Shown in pieces: positions 30,301-43,096 of a stretch of DNA of 64,000 nt; the first letter of the stretch is position 1, and every line of letters starts with the position of its first letter. The position numbers and the translations under genes are program-made. A model generated the notes under the pieces. It did not search any database, was not told where the DNA came from, and saw only the letters and a list, made by a program, of their open reading frames with translations. Source of the stretch: Paragordius varius (lineage: Eukaryota > Animalia > Nematomorpha); the NCBI GenBank assembly GCA_964247055.1, contig OZ176050.1, positions 8,866,001 to 8,930,000 on the forward strand, in the 5' to 3' direction.

Positions 30301-32490
30301 ATTTAAAAAAATAATTAAATTAATTTTGGCAGACATTTACTTGCGAAAGTAGAGCACTCAAATGCGGTTTCCTTTGTTGTGGATCATGATTCAACCAAAT
30401 AAGAGCGGCATTGAATATATCTTCCTCTTTGTAAACATTGAGTTCGTCATCGGATATAAATTCTAAAAATTAATTTGCACAAATAATTTGTATTAAAAAT
30501 AATGAAATCATCTATAAAAAATTTGTCAACGGCGTAAATTAATTGACAATATTTCCAGATCGCTCGATAAAAAAATGGTGTTAACAGTTTATTTTCTAAA
30601 ATTTATATAAAAATGTACATATTACTGTTCGGGAATATTTTGTTTTTGCTCTTTAACTAATATAATTATTTGGCTATCTTCACTACTATATTATATAAAA
30701 AAAATTTGCATTGAAGTTAAAATACGAAATTTTAAAAACATTGAATGCATTAGATAAACGCATATATACTATTTCAGTACTTTAACATATTATAGCATTT
30801 AATAAGTTTGTTATATAGTGTTTTAAATAAATTACCATAAAAAATGTAAGGGAAAAAGGAGACAAAAAAGGGTAAAACTGGATTATTAATCTACCCAAAT
30901 GCTTAAAGATAATATTAATGCTATCAAATTAATATTATCAAATTAAAAGTAAATTTTTGAACAAAGAATGGATTTTTTCGAAAATACCTTATTTTGATGT
31001 GCTTGCATATTTATTATATTTAATCGCGCCATCACAGAAATTGTAAATTTATTTTAATAGCACTAACTTATAAATATCATTAATATTGTTTTGATATATT
31101 TTAATAGCTTGGATTGGAATGAACCATTTTTTCACGAAAAAATTAGCATAATGTGAGCATGTGAATATTATAGCTATTACCAAATAAAGATGAATCTATT
31201 TTTCTTAAATGACTTGTAAGATTTAAAATTACAAGCCCGTGAGAATAATTATATCAGATACGAATTTTATTAAGATTTTTTTTGAATCCCGATTTGTGCA
31301 CTGGAATAGAACATAGAACTGAAATTATTTGCTTATTTTGTATCCCAAAATGCGGTTCCATAGAGGAAAAATACTTTTTATTTTATCCGATTAACCTTAT
31401 ATTATTTTCGTATTTTATTTACAATATAAAAAAATAGTTTCGGAAAATCTTAAATATTGCAAAATTGTAAATGTTTTTTCGGTTTTCAAATTTTATCAAG
31501 TAATAAAAATATTAGTAATTTTAAAAAGTAAATCGAATCAGATCTATTATTCGATCAAAAATATAGATTCAAAATCGCGTAAAATGGCGTTCCATTTAAA
31601 CGAGAAATGTTAAAAATTTAAAATCGCAACCGCAGAGATAAATTTTTCATCTCACTAATACTTATTTTATTTATTTGACATTAATTTTTAATCTTACGGT
31701 TGAATAACATAACTATAAAAAAACAATTTAACTATGGAATAACTCCATTTCTCTGAAAACACTAATTTCTTGGCCGCAAAAATTTTACATTTTACGACGA
31801 AACAATAAAATGAAATATATGCTGTTCAATAAACCGGTAAATATTAAAAGATATATTTTTAACTTACCTAAAAGTTTTCTGTAATCTAAGGTGAGAAATT
31901 CTTCATATCTGGTAACATTTAAAAAATGATTCAAAATTTCAATTTTAGATGAGTTTTGCAAATCGGTACAATTATGCGCTTCCGCAAAACAATGTATACC
32001 AATGCAGTTTGTTTCGTCAATATGATTTTTTAGAAAATTACAACAAGCATCTCGTATTGAGGTAAATTGTAAGAGATTAGAAGCAGATAAAAGATTTTGG
32101 ACATTTGACCGATTTATCAATATCTGGAATAAATTTAATAAATATACTTCTGAAGAATATGCATAATTTAACATTAAATTGAAAATGCTAATATCAATTC
32201 CTCTTATTTCAATTTTCTCCATAGTTGTTTCCGATAAATTGCATGTAAACATAGTATTAAAATAATTGCTCGATGCAGCCAAAATAGCTTTATGACATTG
32301 AAATTCTTGACCATCTATAATTAGTGTTACATCGCAAAACTGGTTTCTATCTTTTAGTTGTCTTAACCCTTGTAAAATCTAAAAATTATAAATTAAGGAC
32401 ATGAATTGGATAGGCCTGATCATAAAATAGTATTTCTTCTGACTCTGCATTAATTTTGTTCGCCCCGTTTTTAACTTTGATATCCCCCAT
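25391..32490 (-). CDS. Kelch-like protein (BTB-BACK-Kelch, probable CUL3 substrate adaptor)
   Basis: Exons 32490-32401, 32378-32148, 32123-31868, 30462-30341, 29616-29442, 29075-28929, 28640-28512, 28131-27900, 27299-27037, 26696-26550, 26183-26015, 25703-25601, 25438-25391 (alternatively read-through to a stop at 25586). Motifs FCDVTLIIDGQEFQCHKAILAASSNYF, NCIGIHCFAEAHNC, DDELNVYKEEDIFNAALIWL, and repeated GG..YDP..W kelch blades. Confidence 0.92.
27328..27386. repeat. (TA)n microsatellite
   Basis: About 29 perfect TA units. Shorter TA runs occur near 17170, 22490, 23630, 25215 and 51160. Confidence 0.95.
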
Positions 32491-34307
32491 ATGGAATTAT
32501 TTTAACAGAGGATAATAAGAATGCGTGGATATTGGTAAAAATATAATTTTTTAAATAAAATAGTATAAAATAGAATATTAAAAATATAATTCTAGAGTAC
32601 TCGGGAAACTTTTAACAAAGATTAGACAATGTATGGCAGAGGTTCGGGCTATTTTTGAAGTTATATGATTTTCTTTGGTTGCAAAAAGTAAAATTTCGAA
32701 ATTAATTTGCCGACTAATAAAAAATTAACGTATAAAGTATATTTTATTAATTGTCTTCCCCTGCTGAAATTTAATAAAAATTATCATATACTGCCCCTTA
32801 ATACTTCAAGATCTTTTGGTTTTATCCCAGAGTGATTTGTAATTTTAATATGTTAAATAGTAGCTAAGGTATTGGTCCGATTTAAAATAGGCCTTCTTAA
32901 GTCTAGGCTCGTAAACCAAAAACTTATTTTACAAATTGTAAATCTTAAAAAAATCCTCATCTTCACTGCTATATTTTATTCTTATTTATTAACACTCAGT
33001 GACCTTTTCATTATTTTGTCTTAGTTGACATGTTTGTATAGAATTCAATTTTGTAAATTAGTTTATTTTGAAATTATTTAGTCAAAATTAAATTATTAAA
33101 CATTCTCATGTTTTATCAAGTAAGCCTTTATTTTTTAGTTTAACTTCTAGAGTTTAAAATTGGGACAATTCCAAAACACTATCGAAAAGAACAGCTTTGA
33201 AACAAAATGCAGGTTTTCGCTAGTAAAATGTAGGTTAAAAGCTTTAATTATTTACATTTTTTACCATATTATACATTATTTGCCTGTTAAAAAATTAATG
33301 AAAAATATGGCGACGAATTTGAGATGAGCATTTTTAAATTTTACATTGTTTTGAAAAAAATCTTGTATAATGAGCCTAAAAGGGTAATTAAATGGATTCA
33401 TAAATGAAAACTTTTTAAGATTTTTATTTTTTAAATCGCTGATACAAAACTACCCAAAGGGTTATGGATTGATAGCCAATACAATAGGCAAATATTAACA
33501 AATGTAAATTAACATTAGTAAGATTTCAGGTTGCATTTTACCAGCAAAAAACTATATATTTATTGATCTTAAAATCGGCTGTTTAGCACAATCATGTTTG
33601 GGAGTTGTCGCGATGGACCTTAAACTATAAATATAAGTTTTTTTCTAAAACAGCACAACAATGTTTGATAAATGAATTTTAAAAGTAACTTTCCAAACAG
33701 TAATTATAATTACAAGATTGAGTTCTAGTATATTAAACTACTTAATATGTCACGCGAAAAAGGGAAGAGGTCGTGAAGTTTGAAAAGGTTAATCCCTCGC
33801 TGGCTAGCAATAATTTAAATGAATTGGGGATATGTCGAATAAAACTTTATTTTTATACTGCCTCAAATTTCAGAAATTTGGAATTTTCTGCTGCAGCCTT
33901 TTAATTGGTCTGGATGGGCCAAATTTAAAATTATGTATAGTATTTAACGGACAAAATGTAAAAAGATGTAAAATTGTTATAATCTCTATCAAAATTTCTA
34001 GCCGCCAAAACTATTTGACAATCTTAAACGCTAAAACAAATAAAATATCGATAAAATAAAACTAAATATCTTGAAAATGCTCTAAAATACATTTTAAATT
34101 AAAAATAAGCTGTTAAAGAGCTATCCATATTTACACTTTGGTTCAGAACTTACAGCGTAAAAAAGAATAGCTTTACTTTTAAAAAATATGAAGCAATATT
34201 TGATAATCATATTGATTAAAAAACTTTTTAGCATTTTTTTAATTGTATATTTTTTGTTCGGCCATAATAATTACTAAAAATTAATATAATATGTTAAACA
34301 CTATTAA

Positions 34308-34888
34308 CACTTGGATACAACACACTCATTTTAGTCCTTCGATTCAAATTGGGGTAGTTGGATACCCCAGGCCTGTTTAAAATCAAATACTTTAAAAAGT
34401 ATGGAAGCAATCGAGACCATGGCAAAATTTTGCACTTATATAACATTAAAACACCGAAATATATAAAAAATTTTATTGAAAAATTCCTTATATTACTTAT
34501 TTTGAGCTAAAACTGAAAGGTAAAAATTTAGTCAACTTGACATGTGTCAAATTTTAAAATTAAAAAATAATACAAAATAAAGCGCTTTTTCTATTTCTAT
34601 CAATGTTAGATGTAATTATATAAAAAATAAGCTTTAGTTTTACCCTTAAAATTAAATGAAGGCGATATATTGCAAAATTTTTGTAAAATAAAAATGGCGT
34701 CGAAGTAGTTTGATATGGAACTTTTTTTTCAAAACAAAATTTTATCAAGATATTTTGGCATATTTATACAATATTTATCAGGATAGAAGCATAAATTTAA
34801 ATTGGGACCGTTTCCTTCAGTAGTTATTTAAAAATTTTAATTTAAATTTAGTCTGGGGTATTTAGATACCCCAATTTGAATCGAAGTG
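34308..34888. mobile_element. TTAA-flanked foldback element (piggyBac-like MITE)
   Basis: TTCGATTCAAATTGGGGTA..GATACCCCAG mirrors CTGGGGTAT..ATACCCCAATTTGAATCGAAGTG-TTAA. The left end TTAA-CACTT is separated from the rest of the TIR by ~26 nt. Confidence 0.55.
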
Positions 34889-35983
34889 TTAATCATATAA
34901 ATTGACTGTATATTTAATAATGTCAGGGTTTTTTGAAAAAAATCTTCATTTGTAAATCATGATGCAATCAGTCACGTTTGTTTTTTTCAACACTTATTGA
35001 AGCTTAGCAGAGGAAATAATTGGAAAGAGAATATACTGCAGCGGTACTCATCAAAATATTTTACCAACCAACAAAAATATTTATCTCAACTGGGTCGTAC
35101 ACCATATAATACTGATAAAAATTTCATAGCTGACACATTTGCTGATATTTATACTAAAAATAAATATAACAAAAAATTTAATAAATAACACAGGGCCATA
35201 AAAAGCATTATTAAGGCCGCGGTTTGGTACCACTGATCCGTATAAATGCTGTGAATAGGTGTTGCTATGTGATGCGGTTAGTAATGGAAAACAATGCGGT
35301 TTGTAAAATTTTCTGGTTAATACCTAAGTATGGTCTCCCAAATTTAATCTCTAGATGTGCTATCTATATATCTTATCTCATTTGGATTTTGGAAGAATAC
35401 GTTCATTTTAAACATTTTCGCGCTTTTACCATAATAATTATTAATGTGAAATACTAAACTAAGGGTATCCGGGCTTTAATTATACCTTTAAAATATATTA
35501 GTTTCCTAATATCTAGATTTTATAAAGTGATGTAGTATTCTTTGATAGAGGTTTTTAGATAAGATAAGGAAAACCGCGAAGTTAAAAGAATGTGCAACAT
35601 CTGTATCCATAAAATATCAGGGAACCATAGGAGTCAAATGATCTCATATCTTTTCCCTTATAAATACTATTTACCAGTACATACATAATATAGTTCCCCT
35701 ATTTATACTGCAGAGGGTAAAAAATGATAGGACGACAATAAACAATCCGTCAATATAAACGATTGGGAGTTTGTAAAAAAAGCAAGGTGCTTCAAAGTTC
35801 TTTCATCTTCTATACATTGGTAAACATATATTAATTACTTTTATCATTTTTACTATTTATTAAAACGTAGTGGCCATCAAATACAGATTATTATAAGTAT
35901 AGGCACTATTAGAACAATATAATATTAAATAGCCCCTGTCTTGGCAAAGAATGACGATACTCACCATCGAAATATATATATTA

Positions 35984-37328
35984 CTAGCGTAAATCTCGTG
36001 CTGCGGCGCAGCCCAAGGAAGTCCTTCGGACTTCTGGGGGAAGGGGGAGCTATTTGAAAAAATGGATCAATAAAATGATCCATATATGTGGATTATTTCG
36101 AAACATTATTTAATAGCTATGATCTCATAGGATTTTCTAAATGTTACATTGATACTAATATATTGTTTACTGGTGTAAAGACCCCAAATTGACGGCTAAC
36201 GGAAAAAACCGCTATACTATAACTTTTACCTTTTTATGCGTAATATTTAAAGCCTTTATTGAACTGGTATGGCTTCTTAAATTTGAAAATTATCTCCAAA
36301 GCCACGCCATTCTTGTATGGCGTCTCATTAAACCGGTCCCCTACCCATAGGCCTTAATGGATTAAGCTCTGAGACCATGGTCTCATGGGTTATTCGAAAA
36401 AATACCTCAACACTAAATAATCGTTATATGATGGCGTATTAGGGCATACCCAAATTAACGGCTAATAAAAAAGGCCTGACCTTAATTATTACCTAGTTAC
36501 GAGTAATATTTCGAACTTTAAATGAGCTCATATGGCATAAGTTTTCTTTAAAATAGTTCTAAAAGAACGTAATTTCTATAGAGTGGCGCAGTTTTTGGCG
36601 GGTAGCTCCCTACCTAGAGGCTGATACAAAAAAGCGCTTGTTATAATTTATGTCTTTATACGGAGAATACCTGGAATCATTATTGATTCCATATGCTCTT
36701 ATTATTTTTTGGAAAAATTGCCTCAAAAATCATTCTATGGTGGCGCATTTTTCAGGGCATGAAGGGCCTAATTAACGGCTAATTTTTAAAAACCGCACTA
36801 TCCAAATTTTTGCCTTGTTACGGGTAATATTTTAAGCACTTATTGAACCCATATGCACTGATAGATTTTCTAAAACTTAGCCCCAAAAGCACGCTATTTC
36901 GATATGACGGGTCACTTTTTCGCGGATGGCTCCTTACCCAGCAGCTATCATCAAAAAAATGCTTGACTAAAATTTGTGCCTTTTAACAGGAAATACGTGG
37001 AATCCTTATTAAATTTTTAAGGTCTCATACCTTGGGCGAAAAATAGAATTAAAAAATTATTTTTTTTACGGGGGGAGCGGGTAAAAAGATGGCCTAAATT
37101 AAAAAAGCAATCGAAAATAAGTAAACAAAAATCATATTTGAAATTGAATGGTCCAACACGTTCTCCGGAAAATTGTCTCAAAGACACGATTTTTGTGAAC
37201 TTCTGTTTTCAAAAAAGCCATTTTTCACACGGGGTAAAAAAAGGGCGAAGCTATTGTCGGGGCATTCATTAATGATTATATTTTTCGATATTTGGATTTG
37301 ATGGGTCTACCGGTTTTCCGGAAACAGA
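35984..37328 (-). mobile_element. Probable non-autonomous Helitron with internal ~270-320-bp tandem units
   Basis: On the minus strand a GC hairpin (CTGC-GCC-GCAG) is followed 13 nt later by CTAG and then T, a Helitron-type 3' end. Three degenerate units are marked by CCCAAATT(G/A)ACGGCTAA at ~36183, ~36448 and ~36766. The 5' end (A^TC at 37328) is a guess. Confidence 0.55.
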
Positions 37329-38194
37329 TCACAAAGCCAGCATTCTCCATTTTTATAAATATATAGATTTTTTTTGTAATTAACACATATCGCGACAATA
37401 AATTATTTATAGATTCAAAAACTAATACTATTTTACCAAAAAACGCATTTTTCATCATATTTATAGAAGGTTTTTCCCACCACTTTTAGAAACATAGATA
37501 AAGAATTTTAATCCTCAAACCACGTTGAAGATTTACAATAAGATTCGATAAAAAATAAAAATATGATTACCAAAATACTATGAGGCTTTAAAGACTAATT
37601 TGTTTATTATTGATTTAAGAAAAATATATATCTACATGGATAAAAATATTTATAATTATCATATATTTTTTTTCGCTATTCCTTTTCATGTCTTTGAATA
37701 TTTCAAAATATCGGGTAGGCTTTATAGGTTTGCAATTTTATTCACATTATTATTACGCATTACTGACTAATAACTTGAAAATTGCGTAAAGACCACAAAG
37801 AATTTTAAATATATCTTGTTTAAAGCCCACATTCTAAAATTTATGGTTTTATCGAAATACACTTTTTTTAGCACTGTTTAATTTATAAGTGATTCAATTT
37901 AATGATCAAGGTCATTGATCTGATCACTAGCCCTAATTATATTAAATATAAATTGTGACGCATGATAACTAATATTAATTAGAAAAAGATAGAATGTCAA
38001 ATATTTGAATTCAATCATACTTCATTTGCTCGTTAATATTAACAAGCTGGGTGAAATAAAAAATATGAACACGGTGCTTAAATATTTAAACAAACCATAA
38101 ACATCAATGAATTTATTTAAAATAATATGGCCAACTATCATTTTAAATTAAAATATGATTTATTTACTAATCTATCGAATATAATTCTGATTTT

Positions 38195-38769
38195 TCAAGC
38201 CATCATATCAATTTTTTTATTGGATATATCTCGCAAGACTGATGGCATATCTATTAAAAATATAATAGTAGTTAAAACCAATAAATTCATTAAAAATAGT
38301 TAAAATTTATATCATAAAATACCTTCATAAGATATGGTTTTTGCGTGATATTTTCCATCAGTTGAACGCTCTTTAACAACCGAGAATTTACAGCTAACTT
38401 TGTTCAGGTCTAAACATATAAATAAAAATCTATTTAGGTTTTAAAGAGATTACCGTTAGAGACACAGTCATAGTTGAGTCCACCTATTTATATACATAAA
38501 AAATAGTAAAAATTGGAGAAATATAAAAGAGAAATTATTAAAATTACTTGATGTACGTCCATTGCAACGTTGAAAAATGTCAAAATCAACATCTTAAAAT
38601 GATAAAGAAGAGTTTATTGTAATTGTATAAATGAAAGAATTCTTCTATAAAGGCCAAAAATTTAATTACCTTTGCCTTGATATGCTTTTGGCTTTGCTTT
38701 TCGTGTATCGCATTGAATCACTCCAAAAACAACTATGGCCAAAAGCAAATATTTAATGGCGGTATTCAT
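38195..38769 (-). CDS. Small secreted protein of unknown family, 105 aa (not in the ORF track)
   Basis: Exons 38769-38670, 38592-38548, 38483-38454, 38409-38323, 38250-38195; four phase-1 GT-AG introns (77, 64, 44, 72 nt). Protein MNTAIKYLLLAIVVFGVIQCDTRKAKPKAYQGKDVDFDIFQRCNGRTSSGLNYDCVSNDLNKVSCKFSVVKERSTDGKYHAKTISYEDMPSVLRDISNKKIDMMA, with a clear signal peptide. Confidence 0.8.
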
Positions 38770-40593
38770 AATTTTGAGAAATTAATGATTAAAATAAAAA
38801 TAATATTTGATAATACAATCTAATGCCAAGATTCCGTTTGTCATTCCGCGCTGTAATTCGAGACTATGAGACCGAAAAAATATCGCATAAATAAAAAACC
38901 AATAAAATGAAAATCATAGTGGAGTAAAATAACATTTGTATACTATTAATTTATTAATGCCTAATAATAATTAAATATTTTTTATTAAGTTAAAATAATA
39001 AGAATTCTCGTAAAATTCATTAAATTGAACTATATCCAAAATTTTCGATCATGGTAGTATCTTTTTCAATGGATTAACTAAAAAAACCTAATAAAATCTG
39101 TAGCGCCTAATATTTGAGACACCATTACCTTTTGGGGTAGTTTAATATGTTAGAGCGATTTGAAATCAAATATATTAAGTATTTAAAGCATTAACAAATT
39201 TATATACATGCTTTCTTTAGCCTTTTAGGAGTATTATACAAAAAAATTTTTTCAAAAATTTTTTAAATAAAATTATCATCTCAAACTTTTTGTCGCCATT
39301 TTTAAATCGCTAATGCTACAGTCAAATAAATGTGTATAATGGTTAGAAAAATGTAAATAATTAAATTTGAGAAGCTTTCAAGCTACATTTTACCAAACTT
39401 GAAATATTAAGATGTTAATATCCGCTGTTCGTTTGTTCTGGGGCTCCAATTTTAGACTCTAGAAGTCACAAAAGTGTAAATAATATAAGCTTTATCTAAT
39501 ACATGAGAACGATGTTTGATAATTAAATTCATCTTCTGTAGACGCATTATATTTGCGCTTACCTTAATATATAGTCGGTTATTATGCTTTGTTAGTCGAT
39601 TAAAGCAATTGTACACCGACTTTTTGTCCTAATGAGAATCTTATTTTAAATTAGAAGCGGGTATATGAAATTTTTATTTTTGCACCTACCATGTAAAAAA
39701 AATCTTAAATATTTCTTAACGGGATTGAATATATAATGGCCTTTAAATAATTGATTTCCCTCTTGGTTCTGTCAAGCGTTTCGGTGACTTCGTGAAAAAG
39801 ATATTTTAAGTTCGTAAAATTGAACTAAAGATTAAAAAATAAAAAGGGTTAAAATAAATTTTAAAAACTGATTATCTTTAATCAATCCCCAACGTTTCTT
39901 CGGTAAAATTACTTATAATTTTTATCGAATTTAAAAAAAGTCAATACAATTTGCCCACAAATTCTATTATTATAAGTTCCTAGTGGCAAATTTAAATTTT
40001 TTTTAATCATAATCGGCGCATTAATAAAAAAAATATAATCTTTTTATACGAACAGATGCCTACTTCGTGTTCCTAAAAATTGCTAAGTAAGATTTTACAA
40101 TTTTGCTGGAATATACTTTAATAAAGTAAATAGGCATTTCCAAAAAATCTAACTTTTTTGAATGTTGATAATTTATTATTTTAATGATTACGCATTCTCG
40201 ACTAACATTTGGGACACTTTAATTAAAGCGATTGAGAATTAACAGAAGATGCCAATAAGATAGAACATATAATTCGCGTCATGATAAAATGTAAAAATAC
40301 GCCTCAATCCATAACGCCTAAATCATTTGTATTCGAAAGCTAAATCAGATACATTTTGACTAAACGAGAATTAAGAAGTCGCATAATATATTGCTCAATT
40401 TTGATTAAATTTGTTAAGTTTTAACAAAAAATTTTTTACCTTAGAACTAGATTGGCCAATTTTTTAATATTCTTTTTAAAATTTTAACATCCACCATTTA
40501 AAAATAAAATAGAAACGAGTGATACCTTTGTAATCAAAAAATGATATGTGATAAAGACATATCATTAAAGTATTAATTTATTTCATTATAAAC

Positions 40594-43096
40594 TTATACA
40601 TCAAGATATTTTTTCGTAGTATCCCATAGGAAATCAACCATTCTTTTCTGATCTTCAGTGAGTATTAATGGTTCATTGACGAATTTCTTCCCTTTGCTAA
40701 TAAAAATTATATAAAGGTAAAAAATAATTATACAATAAGCTAGTAATTAGGAGATTTGGGTGGAAAAGCAAGAATCAAAAGAGACAAAAAAATTCAGCTT
40801 TTAAAAGGAGTTGTTTACGTAGGATGCTTGGATATAAATGGAAAGACAAAAAAATGAAAAGTTTAATGTACAAATTCCTAAATATATCTTATAATTTACC
40901 AAAAAATGTTAACATATTTTGCTGCGGTCTAATTCCTTAGAAAAAGACATAATGTTTGGAAAGGTAGATGGGTAAAGATAACGAGATAAACCACAGATAG
41001 ATAGTTACGATAAAAGAGGTGGAAATCAATAGTGCACACTAAATCAAAAAAGGGGTTATTTTCCATATATTTTCTTATAATTCGTTTTTTAGACTAACGC
41101 TATTTTAAGATGATTAACTTCAAATAGAGTTTGATATGAATAAACTGGTGACCTAAAAGGGGTTGAGATTCGAATACCACTTGAGTGCTTGGGATTGTGA
41201 ATTATGATAAACAAATTGTCATTCATAATATCTCATATCAAAAAATGAGTTGTTAGTATAATGATTCTTTCAACAAATATTTTGGCCTAATTTACCATGG
41301 TAAATAATTAATTATTTTTTTTTATTTTTTTTATAGGGAAGACGGAAGTTAATTTGGAAAAAAATCGCGATAGAAGTTTCAATAATCAAAGAAATGTCAC
41401 AAAATCGCTAAAGTTATCATGGATTAATAGAAAATATAAACAATTAACTATGGTTATATAGAGGTTTAGTAGTCTGAAAAATAGTAATTCCTATAGAAAT
41501 AAATATTAAACTATGAAGATTGTAATGAATGATAATTTTATATATAAAACTTTATAAGTGTCCAATATTTATGATAAATAAGGTAACAATCATTCATAAA
41601 ATCTGGCCGACAAAAACAAATAAATCAAAACTTCTACAAGCGGAAATTAAATTATTGGTACACAGTCAATCCAAAATAATCCCACTAAAACATTGCCATT
41701 ATATAATTAAAAATATCCCATAACATTGAACAGGTCCTGTTGAAAGACGAGTAACAAACCTATTTTCAAAGTATGAAAATTTATTAAAGTGAATTATCGG
41801 CCAAATCAAGTAACCCCAATCTAGATGGTTCTATACAATATGGAGTTCAAAATACTTAATACAAATCGAAAAATGGAGAAATGCTCCCAAGGATGTACCG
41901 CTATGAGCAAAATACCTTTACAAATGATGATGGTGAAGTATTATTGTTTTCCTAATAAATTAAAAATTTGATCATTTTATACAATTTGGAATGTTTGCAC
42001 ATTTGTATCCTTTGAAATTAATTGAAATATTGTAAATGAACTTAATACCTTTTTATGTAATGTACGTAATTTTGAGGTGATCGCCTTGATATATTCTTGG
42101 AAGGTGTATCTAAAATTTGATTTTCGGGATTCAATAATGCGTAAATTACAGATTGAGCAGCAAACGAAGCATCTTTTGCAAAAAATCAAACAAAGGCTTC
42201 CAAGTAAATTTGGCGATAAACGATTTTTCATATGCAAAATTTTTTCGGAATTCGGTTTTAATTAAACCAGGATCTACGCAATATATTGATGTATCTAATA
42301 TATAATAATAAATAAAAACTTGTAAAGAGTTGGCTAATTTTTTGAGACATCAACACCAAGGCTAATTTACTATTGCAATAATTCTGAAGTGGATCTTTTT
42401 CGTTATTAGACAGTGTATTTGGCAGCAGCGTATCACCCTGCTTAAATAAACCTTTCTTATATGATGAATCGATAATATTAACAATTTTAAGTTGACTGTT
42501 TTGTTTAAGAGATTCTTGTATTAAACCATAAGTTAGTAAAAAATGCCCTTAAATATATATGTTATATACCGATATAATTAGTTGCAAAATGGTATTCAAT
42601 ATCATCATTGGTTTTGTTGAGTGGAGGATTTATAACTCCTGCATTATTTATTAATATGTTAGGTTGAGTATCACATACACCCAAGTGCTTAATAAATGAT
42701 TTGACGGATGATAAGGAGGACAAATCCAAACTTGCGCAATAAATTTTTGTGTTTTTACTTTGCTCAATCAGAGTTTTTTTAGCTTGTTCACATGAAACCA
42801 AATCACGACAACCCAAAATAATACAGGCATCTATATAAAAAATTATTAAATACTTCTTTTGGCTAATTCAAAAGATATCGCTTTACCGAGTCCGCGATTT
42901 CCGCCAGTAATCAACACGGTATCCTTATCAAAATTTTGATTGGGTGCTAATGGACCATTAATATTATCCCTGAAATAACGATAAAGAAAAGTATACGTTA
43001 ATGATTAGTAGGTGATGCATACTTTAATATAATTAATCCTCCACAGGCAGCACCGATTGCTGTCACAAAAGTAAATGGTGTAAATTTCCCAACCAT
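40594..43096 (-). CDS. Short-chain dehydrogenase/reductase, retinol dehydrogenase 13-like (one apparent frameshift)
   Basis: Exons 43096-43023, 42969-42854, 42830-42570, 42547-42320, 42294-42049, 40696-40594. Motifs TGGNRGLG, ILGCRD, LDLSSLSSV, LINNAGV, ATNYIGHFLLT, YCNSK, VDPGLIKT, DFLWDTTKK. One T is missing in the T6 run at 42180-42185. Confidence 0.88.

Noticed and set aside
41240-41960. Possible antisense nested gene in the long SDR intron (good-looking GT-AG intron at 41300-41336)
   Set aside because: Could not build a stop-free exon chain without invoking 15-19 nt introns that have no homology support.
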